Of a DNA stretch of 64,000 bases, positions 49,347 through 57,249 are shown in pieces. Source of the DNA: a bacterium (GTDB taxonomy: Bacteria; Zhuqueibacterota; Zhuqueibacteria; Residuimicrobiales; Krinioviventaceae); NCBI GenBank assembly GCA_963693055.1, contig OY843751.1:4704001-4768000 (forward strand), written 5' to 3'. Position 1 is the first letter of the stretch. The number at the start of each line of letters is the position of its first letter. Below the pieces are notes generated by a model. The model saw nothing but the letters and a program-made list of their open reading frames with translations, did not search any database and was not told the DNA's origin. The position numbers and the translations under genes were made by a program.

Positions 49347-50456
49347 ATGCGTAAATTTAAAATAACATTTGAACAAATTCTGGAATATATAAAAAATCCA
49401 GATACTCAAACAATAACCATTAGTGAGCTCAAAGAAAGCAACCCTGCTTGTTTTTCTCTTTTCACTATGATAGATAACAGTCTGAAACATGCGAACCTGC
49501 AAAATATTGACACAGAAAACACCAATACGGGATATCAGGAACTCGAAATGATAATTCTTGAACAATTGAGTGGCAATATTACCAAGCACAACTCTGAAAG
49601 ATTTTTATCTCTCATTACCAGTCATCCTGATTATTTTAGAAGAATTCTGGATACCTTTGACACGGAATCCATTCAGGCAGCTTCATTGGAAAATATTGAA
49701 ATTGCAGATAATAACACTTTGTTTGAAATAATTAAAGGCCATGAAAGCAAAAAAGAAGCTGGTAAATCATTCAGCCTTTTACATTTTAAATCAAGTTTAA
49801 AAAGCTTTTTCCAAAACCTTTTTATGCAAAAAAAGCCTCATTATGCTTTAATCTCCATAGTTGTTTTGATCTTTTCCATTATTACATCCAAAACTTTTTT
49901 TCAGGAAACTGCTCACAATCCTGTTTATACAAAATATTTCCAATCAGCCAATTTACCTTGTGAATATTACGAAACCTCTACCAGGGGCAATAGTGTATCG
50001 TTAGATACAGACACTCAATATAACAAGACACTCAATCAGTATAAATTTGCAATGGCAGATTATATCCAAAAAAATTATCAAGATGCAAAAAAATCACTCA
50101 ACTCAATCATAACTGATATTGAATCCGGTTCTACGCAATCTTTGCACACTACTACAAATGGTAAACAACTGTTAAGAGATATTTATTTTTATACAGGTAT
50201 TTGCGATCTGGCACTTGCCGGAAAATCGCTTGACACCTCTTTAATTGAATCTGCTTCTGACAGATTCAATTCTGCAAAAAAACTGGTTCTTGAATCCAAC
50301 ATGAAAGGAGGTGACAGAGAATTCTTTTTCATGGGTTTAACTTTTAACCTGCTGGGGAACGATTCGCGCTCGCTTGAATATTTGGGGAACATTCAGGAAA
50401 ACAGTATCTATTACAGAGACAGTCAAGTTATTGTATCACAGCTAACGAACCCATAG
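49347..50456 (+). CDS. Single-pass membrane anti-sigma-like protein with an extracytoplasmic TPR-like helical domain
   Basis: Helical N-terminus, one TM (YALISIVVLIFSIIT), STRG linker, then AMADY..KNY.DA, YFYTGICDLA, FFMGL...LLG. Confidence 0.55.
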   Translation: MRKFKITFEQILEYIKNPDTQTITISELKESNPACFSLFTMIDNSLKHANLQNIDTENTNTGYQELEMIILEQLSGNITKHNSERFLSLITSHPDYFRRILDTFDTESIQAASLENIEIADNNTLFEIIKGHESKKEAGKSFSLLHFKSSLKSFFQNLFMQKKPHYALISIVVLIFSIITSKTFFQETAHNPVYTKYFQSANLPCEYYETSTRGNSVSLDTDTQYNKTLNQYKFAMADYIQKNYQDAKKSLNSIITDIESGSTQSLHTTTNGKQLLRDIYFYTGICDLALAGKSLDTSLIESASDRFNSAKKLVLESNMKGGDREFFFMGLTFNLLGNDSRSLEYLGNIQENSIYYRDSQVIVSQLTNP

Positions 50457-50466
50457 GAGACAACGA

Positions 50467-50631
50467 ATGGAGTTATTTTACCTGTTAATGTCTGGTGTTG
50501 TTGCAGCTGTTGCCAAAAGGCTAATTGATATAAAAAGCACCCAAATGGAAACCGGCATCATTCAGCCCCAAGGAGGAGATGATCCTGATCCGCCGCCACC
50601 ACCACCAGACCCTCCAGATCCTAATTGCTAA
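50467..50631 (+). CDS. Unannotated 54-aa peptide MELFYLLMSGVVAAVAKRLIDIKSTQMETGIIQPQGGDDPDPPPPPPDPPDPNC
   Basis: AGGAG RBS at 50455-50459 overlapping the previous stop; below the ORF-track size cutoff; followed immediately by a terminator. Confidence 0.75.
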   Translation: MELFYLLMSGVVAAVAKRLIDIKSTQMETGIIQPQGGDDPDPPPPPPDPPDPNC

Positions 50632-50638
50632 TTTATAT

Positions 50639-50668
50639 GGTCCTGCCTTTGTTATGCAGGGCCTTTTT
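50639..50668 (+). terminator. Intrinsic terminator after the peptide gene
   Basis: GGTCCTGC-loop-GCAGGGCC-TTTTT. Confidence 0.7.
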
Positions 50669-50684
50669 CGTTAAAACCTGCCTG

Positions 50685-50713
50685 TTGCATTTGAATATTT
50701 TTTGATATATCTT
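50685..50713 (+). promoter_or_regulatory. Possible sigma70-type promoter for the CHAT gene
   Basis: TTGCAT-N17-TATCTT; AT-rich context makes a chance match possible. Confidence 0.35.
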
Positions 50714-50742
50714 GTATATTAAAAAATATTGTATCTGTAAAA

Positions 50743-53700
50743 ATGAAAAAACTACTTTCAACATTACTCCTCTTTTTATCAAGCTGTCTTGTTTTTGCAA
50801 ATCAAGATAATCTGGAATATTATACTTTTCTCAAAACCCTGCAAAGTCTTCCAGACAGCACACAACTTGAACACACTTTGAATTATTTATATGACCATCC
50901 TGACGTTTGGAAAGTATATGAAAAAGCATATAGATTGTTTGTATACACGGATCAAAAAGACAAGGCATACACCTTTTACAAAAACCTGGCAGACGACAAA
51001 CGATATTCTCTCTATGCAAATTTATACCTTGCAAAACTAAACAGAGAAGACAATAAAATTGATATTGCAAATCAGCACCTGGTATCCGCATTTGAAATAG
51101 GGCCAGACTATTATATAATCTCAGAATATGCAAAAAATCATACCGAATCAATTGTTATTGATTCAATAATAACAAGCCACGCAGATAACAGCTCATTATT
51201 AATAGTAAATGCCTTGAGAAAATACTACAAGGGAAATTACGCAAAAGCAATTCCCCTATTCAAACAAATCCCACAATTAAACAGCAATCTGAACTTACAG
51301 TTTATGCTTGGTTATTGTTACACGCTTTCGAACCAGTATGAGCAAGCAGATTCGGTTTATGACGAAGGATATAAAGAAGCAATAAAACAAAAAAATATTG
51401 ACGGCCAAATAATTGCTTTACAGGCACTTGGTAAATTGGCCATTGCCCAGCACGACTTGAATAATGCAGAAATATTATTGAATAAAGCCTTGAAAGTATC
51501 TGACGATATTATAGACTATAGGCGCAAAATAACCACTTTAAATGAACTGGGCAATTTAAAACTGAAACAGGGCAAATTAGATTCAAGTATGGTGTATTAC
51601 AATCTTGCTCAATCCTATTCCGATAGATTCAAAGGGAAAATTCAACTTGCCCAGATCCTGAGAAATGGATACAATTACCATCTTAACCATCAATTCTCTC
51701 AAGCCATTCAGTGCTACAGAAAATCAATTGAATTGATAGACCCAAACGACCGGAACCATCAATTGCGAATTAAAAGTCTGCTTGTAACACTTTATGAACG
51801 CTTCGGTATGAGCAGTCTCATGGACCAAATGCTTGCTGAATGTAAAGTGTTAGCAAATGATAACAATTACACCAGTACAAAAAAATGGGTAGAACTTCAG
51901 GAAATAAAAAACCAGCTGTCATTAGACAAAATAGACACTCAAAGGGAAAAACTGTTTGAACTATATAAATATTATAAATCATCAGAAAATGCAAATTTAT
52001 ACAGTTGTCTGAATACACTTGCATATTCTTTTATTATTGAGCTTGATTATAAAAAAGCACAAACATTTTATCAGCTAGCGCTTTATGAGGCAACCAGAAC
52101 AAACAACCAGAGCAAAAAAGCATATTACCTAACCCGCCTCGCATTTATGAATATCAAAATTGGTGAAATAAACAACGCCATGGCAAGGCTAGACTCGGCA
52201 AAACAAATAATTGCCAGAATTGATGATTCTTATATGTCCAGATATGTTTTTAGAGTAACAGGGCTTGCTTTTGAAAAAACGGCCAACACTGATAGCGCAC
52301 TGTACTATTATTACAAGGCAATACCACATACAGAACAGCTTCGTAATAAACTATCGGCAGAAGATCTAAGAATTGGAGCATTCTCAAGTGATGCCGCTAT
52401 TTACAGAGGAATTGCCCGCTGCTATTCACTAAAGTATGACACAACCCATGCCCACTCTTTATTAGATAGCCTGTATAAATACGAAGAAAGCTTTAGAAGC
52501 CGTGCCTTAAAAGACAGAATGGATGATCGCAACATTCTTTCCGGCTCTGTCAAACCAACTAAAAAATACAAGCAAGCAATGGCAATGATTGCAGGCTTGC
52601 AACAAAAGCTGCGAAAACAGGCAGGAACAAAACATTCCGAATCTGAATGGGACCAGTTGATGGGCGATCTTGAAACTGCAAAATACACATTAATTCAGCA
52701 GCGTTTATTCATGATAGACAGCTTAAAAATCAGTCAAAGCATGAATCCCGGAACATCTGCAAATTTATCTGAAATACGCAAACAACTAGAAAAAAATAAT
52801 GCGGGCATGCTGCAATACCACATTGATACTGAGACATCTTTTGTTCTGGTTGTAACCCCAGATACAACCCATATAGTGCAGCTTTCAATCACTCAAGATT
52901 CACTTTCAATGAAAATAAAAAAGTTAATGTCTCCATTGCACAATTTGCAAGATCAAAATCACAATATCCCATTTTTTGCCAAAACAGCACATCAACTTTA
53001 TGCGGAAATATTAAATCCGATTGAAAAAGAGATCAGATTACCAGAAAACCTGCTGATCGTTCCAGATGGCCCCCTAATGAACCTTCCCTTTGAGATGCTT
53101 CTTACCCAAAAACCAAACAAGGCCGCTTTTACCCCCTTTGATGAACCCGACTATAGCAGTTCTTTTTTACTGAACCATTATTCATTATTCTACAGTCCTA
53201 CGGGTATTGTATTAAAAAGTTCTGGCTTGAAATTACTCAACAGGCCCAATATGATGGTTTTTGCAAATCCTTTTTCAAATGAAGATGAAATTTCAGACAA
53301 TGTATTACAATACCGTTCACGTACCGGTTGGAATTTTCAGGCCCTTCCCTTTGCAGAGCTTGAAGCAAATGAAATATCAAAATTAACAAGCCGAGTCAAA
53401 CTCTATAAACGACAAAATGCAATAGAAACATATTTTACCCAAGATGCATCAAAATTTGACATTCTCCATCTTGCTACTCATGCTTTTGTTGACACTTCTT
53501 TTGAAGCTTTTTCAGGTCTCATTCTTGCCTCAGAACAGGACTCTACGAATGATGGAATTTTAATGGGCTATGAAATAGGGAATCTTGATCTGAATTGCGA
53601 ACTGGTTACACTGAGCGCTTGCGAAACCGGTAGAGGCAAAAACATTGCTGCTGAAGGCATATTGGGATTACCCCGTTTGTTCATGGGGGCAGGAGCCAAA

Positions 53701-54033
53701 TCTGTACTCATGTCACATTGGAAAGTTGACGACCGGTTCACATCAAAACTGATGCCTCTATTTTATCAATATTATTTAACTAAACATATGGATAAAGCAG
53801 ATGCGCTTGCAAATGCCAAGAGAGATTTGATCAAATCATCGCAAGAAATAAATGGAGAGCATTACCAGCACCCCTTATACTGGGCAGCATTTACCTTGTA
53901 TGGAAATCCTGATAAAATCACAAACACATCACCCATTTTACCAGCAGCAATATTGGGTTCAATTTTTATTTTTGCGATACTTGGCGGGGCTGTAATTAAA
54001 AAGAAAAAAAGCATAAAAAAAGCGGACATTTAA
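50743..54033 (+). CDS. Exported TPR-repeat CHAT-domain (caspase-like) protease with C-terminal membrane anchor
   Basis: Signal peptide; many TPR-like helices; LLIVPDGPL..LPFE.L, ILHLATHA (His codon 53479), VTLSACETG (Cys codon 53620), SHWKVDD, HPLYWAAF; C-terminal TM + poly-Lys. Confidence 0.88.
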   Translation: MKKLLSTLLLFLSSCLVFANQDNLEYYTFLKTLQSLPDSTQLEHTLNYLYDHPDVWKVYEKAYRLFVYTDQKDKAYTFYKNLADDKRYSLYANLYLAKLNREDNKIDIANQHLVSAFEIGPDYYIISEYAKNHTESIVIDSIITSHADNSSLLIVNALRKYYKGNYAKAIPLFKQIPQLNSNLNLQFMLGYCYTLSNQYEQADSVYDEGYKEAIKQKNIDGQIIALQALGKLAIAQHDLNNAEILLNKALKVSDDIIDYRRKITTLNELGNLKLKQGKLDSSMVYYNLAQSYSDRFKGKIQLAQILRNGYNYHLNHQFSQAIQCYRKSIELIDPNDRNHQLRIKSLLVTLYERFGMSSLMDQMLAECKVLANDNNYTSTKKWVELQEIKNQLSLDKIDTQREKLFELYKYYKSSENANLYSCLNTLAYSFIIELDYKKAQTFYQLALYEATRTNNQSKKAYYLTRLAFMNIKIGEINNAMARLDSAKQIIARIDDSYMSRYVFRVTGLAFEKTANTDSALYYYYKAIPHTEQLRNKLSAEDLRIGAFSSDAAIYRGIARCYSLKYDTTHAHSLLDSLYKYEESFRSRALKDRMDDRNILSGSVKPTKKYKQAMAMIAGLQQKLRKQAGTKHSESEWDQLMGDLETAKYTLIQQRLFMIDSLKISQSMNPGTSANLSEIRKQLEKNNAGMLQYHIDTETSFVLVVTPDTTHIVQLSITQDSLSMKIKKLMSPLHNLQDQNHNIPFFAKTAHQLYAEILNPIEKEIRLPENLLIVPDGPLMNLPFEMLLTQKPNKAAFTPFDEPDYSSSFLLNHYSLFYSPTGIVLKSSGLKLLNRPNMMVFANPFSNEDEISDNVLQYRSRTGWNFQALPFAELEANEISKLTSRVKLYKRQNAIETYFTQDASKFDILHLATHAFVDTSFEAFSGLILASEQDSTNDGILMGYEIGNLDLNCELVTLSACETGRGKNIAAEGILGLPRLFMGAGAKSVLMSHWKVDDRFTSKLMPLFYQYYLTKHMDKADALANAKRDLIKSSQEINGEHYQHPLYWAAFTLYGNPDKITNTSPILPAAILGSIFIFAILGGAVIKKKKSIKKADI

Positions 54034-54049
54034 ATCTAAACATCCGCTT
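54015..54049 (-). terminator. Intrinsic terminator of nadA, overlapping the CHAT 3' end
   Basis: Minus strand AAGCGGATGTTTA-GATT-TAAATGTCCGCTT-TTTT. Confidence 0.65.
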
Positions 54050-54071
54050 CCATCTTAAAAATTCTGAATTA

Positions 54072-55127
54072 TTATCCAATAGCAATCATACGATCAACGG
54101 CTGTTTTGGCTCTTAGCCGAATATCTTCTGGCACATCTATTTGGTACTGCATCAATTTCAATGCATCCCGGGTTTCTTCAAGGGTTATCTCATTCATATG
54201 TGGACAACGAACACTGCAAAGCCTGAGCATCTCCTTGTCAGGATTCTCGCCGGCAATATTATCACCCATGCTACATTCGGTCAACAACAGATATCGTTCC
54301 GCCTTTGTCTCTTGCACATATTTGATCATACCGGTTGTACTGCCCGCATAATCCGAAGCCTCAATAACATCAGGACTGCATTCCAGATGCGCCAACACCA
54401 CCACATCAGGAAATTGTTTACGTACATTAGCAACATCCTCGGGTGTAAATTGTTCATGTACTTCACATTTTCCTGACCATCCTACAATCTGATAATCCAA
54501 CCCATTGTCCCGCTTTGATACATCTGATGGATCTTTTGATGGAAAGATTATGCGCTTTCCGGTTTCCTGTGCAATATTTTTTGCCATAAATTCATCCGGT
54601 AAAAAGATAATGGCCTCATCGCCAAAGGATTCGACAACCTGAACAGCATTGCCCGAGGTACAGCAAACATCACTTTCTGCTTTTACATCAGCATACGTAT
54701 TCACATATGTCACTACCGGCACACCGGGATACTCTTTTTTTAATTTTCGTACATCTTCAGCAGTTATGCTTTCTGCCAAAGAACAGCCACCCTTTGGAGA
54801 TGGCAACAAAACCGTTTTATCAGGACTCAAAATTTTGGCTGTTTCAGCCATAAATCTTACACCACAAAAAACGATAACATCTTTATCCGTAGTAGCGGCA
54901 AGGCGTGACAGCCCCAAAGAATCTCCGGTATAGTCTGGCACTGAATGAAACAAAGCGGGTTCCATATAGTTATGGCCCAGAATAACGGCATTCCGTTCTT
55001 CTTTGAGTTGATTTATCTCCATGGCAAGTTCCGCTTTGATGCGCAGTTCAACATCCGGGACAATACCTTTGAGTTTTATTTTCAATTTATCAAACATTTC
55101 ATCAACAGTTTTAGCTGCAATAGCCAT
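54072..55127 (-). CDS. nadA: Quinolinate synthase
   Basis: ILGHNY, GDSL.L, FCGVRFMAETAKIL, GGCSLA, YVNT.A.VKA, CEVH, CPHM. Confidence 0.95.
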   Translation of the reverse strand: MAIAAKTVDEMFDKLKIKLKGIVPDVELRIKAELAMEINQLKEERNAVILGHNYMEPALFHSVPDYTGDSLGLSRLAATTDKDVIVFCGVRFMAETAKILSPDKTVLLPSPKGGCSLAESITAEDVRKLKKEYPGVPVVTYVNTYADVKAESDVCCTSGNAVQVVESFGDEAIIFLPDEFMAKNIAQETGKRIIFPSKDPSDVSKRDNGLDYQIVGWSGKCEVHEQFTPEDVANVRKQFPDVVVLAHLECSPDVIEASDYAGSTTGMIKYVQETKAERYLLLTECSMGDNIAGENPDKEMLRLCSVRCPHMNEITLEETRDALKLMQYQIDVPEDIRLRAKTAVDRMIAIG

Positions 55128-55185
55128 GAATTACCTCAATTTTTTTACAGTTGGTTTCTGCTTCCTATTAAAATAAGAAATAAAT

Positions 55186-56613
55186 CTACAAGATCAAATT
55201 GAATTGATGTGGTAATGATATTTTCAATTTACCCAGCATAAATGATACAGCGCCAATCATTTCGTCATTATATTTCAAGGCATAGTAACCATTTTTTATA
55301 CCATCAAAATCGATCCTGCTATTATAAAACAGTTCCTTTAGACTTTTTTCTTCCAATTCAATAAAAGATTGGGTAATATTATTTCCCAAAAACTGGGCAC
55401 CGTTGCTGGTCAATTTCCATTGATTACCCTTGCGCACGGCAACAGGCAGACCAGATTTGATAAACATTTCCGCCGGAAAGGATTCCCAGTCTTTACCGCA
55501 CAACCAAAGCCTTTTACTGGTCAGGTTGAATTTATAATCATCAAAAAATGATTTCTCAATACCCCAACGCTCACTTATATAATCAATAACCGGTACAAGC
55601 TGGGGATCATCACTGTTTTGTAAATAAATACGCTCTATTTTAGGCGGAGTACCTTTAAAGCGTATGGTATCTGTTTTCTTTAGCTTGGCTACAAAAAACG
55701 CTTCAAATGGCTGGGGATGCGGAAATACCCGTTTGGTTTTATGTATAGACTCGTCATACTTTTGGTCATTGTATTCCAGAATTCCATGCAATACCGATTC
55801 TCCCTCTAACCAGTCCATAGATTGCAACTCGACAGGATAATCTGCCAGTACACTGTTAACAATAGCTTCATTCTCTTCTGCGGTCAGAGTGCATGTTGAA
55901 TAAACTATAGTGCCACCGGGTTTAGCAGCCTTGATTGCAGATACCAGCATATGCCTCTGCGTGTTTAACAAGGTTTCAAGACCGGTAACACTCCACAGAC
56001 TTCCGGTTCGTAAAACCTGTCCCGGTAGTTTAGACAGCCCGGAACAAGGTGCATCAACCAATACCCGGTCAAAAGATTCATAAAACAAACGCCCCATACG
56101 TTGCCCCGGCATTTGCAAAAACACATCGTTAACAATGCCAGCCCGGGACGTATTGGTTAACAAAGGCTGCTGCCGCTTTAATGAAGGATCACATAACAAC
56201 AGTCGTCCCTTGTTTTGCATCATGGCGGCAATTTGCGTTGATTTTGAGCCAGGTGATGCGGCCATATCCAGCACTGAATCTCCGGGTTGCGGATCAAGTG
56301 CCAGTACCGGGATCTGTGAAGAAATACCCTGTCCATGAAACTCGCCACAGTAATATGAAAGCGTATGGGTTAAACGGGTAATATCATCATGCAAGATCAA
56401 TCCGGTTGGATTGTATGGATGTGGAGAAAAACCACAATCCCATTTTTTCATTTTTTCCAGAAAATCATTTACTGTTAATTTCAAAGTATTAACACGTATT
56501 GCCGCAGGCTCTTCCGGAGAATTGACAAACCGTGATAAATCATCCTTTAATACGGATTCAAGTGCTGTTTTAATTTCCTGGGGTAGTGCGTTATAAAGAT
56601 CGTGATTCAACAT
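55186..56613 (-). CDS. RsmB/NOP2-family RNA m5C methyltransferase (RsmF-like)
   Basis: IRVNTLK, LDMAASPGSKS, FDRVLVDAPCSG, YSTCT...EENE; start uncertain (56613 or 56619). Confidence 0.82.
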   Translation of the reverse strand: MLNHDLYNALPQEIKTALESVLKDDLSRFVNSPEEPAAIRVNTLKLTVNDFLEKMKKWDCGFSPHPYNPTGLILHDDITRLTHTLSYYCGEFHGQGISSQIPVLALDPQPGDSVLDMAASPGSKSTQIAAMMQNKGRLLLCDPSLKRQQPLLTNTSRAGIVNDVFLQMPGQRMGRLFYESFDRVLVDAPCSGLSKLPGQVLRTGSLWSVTGLETLLNTQRHMLVSAIKAAKPGGTIVYSTCTLTAEENEAIVNSVLADYPVELQSMDWLEGESVLHGILEYNDQKYDESIHKTKRVFPHPQPFEAFFVAKLKKTDTIRFKGTPPKIERIYLQNSDDPQLVPVIDYISERWGIEKSFFDDYKFNLTSKRLWLCGKDWESFPAEMFIKSGLPVAVRKGNQWKLTSNGAQFLGNNITQSFIELEEKSLKELFYNSRIDFDGIKNGYYALKYNDEMIGAVSFMLGKLKISLPHQFNLIL

Positions 56614-56748
56614 GTACATACCTGATAAAAAGAGACAGAAAAAAATATAATAATTTTCAAATCTAAATGAAACCGGAATATTTAACAAAATGATTTGTTT
56701 TATATTTTTAATCGTAAAATCCATGTATCAGATAATTTGGAGAAAGAT

Positions 56749-57105
56749 ATGTCACAAGTAGAGACCGGTCTTGAACAGGCCCTTATCAATATATCACCGG
56801 AAGCACAAAAACAGTTTTTATCCATTATGCAAGAGAATGAGAATCAATACAAGTTTTTGCGCCTTGGCGTTAATGCATCCGGCTGTTCAGGATATTCTTA
56901 CCTAATGCTTTTTGAGAATTATAAAAAAGGAACAGACCAACAAATTGATTTTGGTGAATTATCTGTATTAATATCCGCCGATTCCATTGAAATGGTTAAA
57001 GGGGCCAATATCGATTACCAGACAGATGAAAATAGGAGCGGTTTTGTGATTGACAATCCAAGCAAAGGCGGTTCCTGCGGCTGCGGCGGCTCTTGCGGTT
57101 GTTAA
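56749..57105 (+). CDS. HesB/IscA-family Fe-S cluster carrier protein
   Basis: LRLGV...GCSGYSY, IDY....GF..DNP....CGCG.S; GGAG RBS. Confidence 0.88.
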   Translation: MSQVETGLEQALINISPEAQKQFLSIMQENENQYKFLRLGVNASGCSGYSYLMLFENYKKGTDQQIDFGELSVLISADSIEMVKGANIDYQTDENRSGFVIDNPSKGGSCGCGGSCGC

Positions 57106-57110
57106 ATTTT

Positions 57111-57142
57111 AAGCCCTGATTTTAAATCAGGGCTTTTTTTTT
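57111..57142 (+). terminator. Intrinsic terminator
   Basis: AAGCCCTGATT-TTA-AATCAGGGCTT followed by a T run. Confidence 0.85.
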
Positions 57143-57249
57143 GCAAACTATCCGTCCCTCTCAAAAAACACCCTCATTTCTTTTAAATATTATTTTTATT
57201 TTATTTTACGATTTCGTAAGTTACAGTATTGTACAAAAACGGAAGATGT

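Noticed and set aside
50467-50631. Double-glycine RiPP or bacteriocin precursor
   Set aside because: A GG is present, but no C39 peptidase transporter or modifying enzyme is nearby and the leader is hydrophobic rather than of the ELxxxEL type
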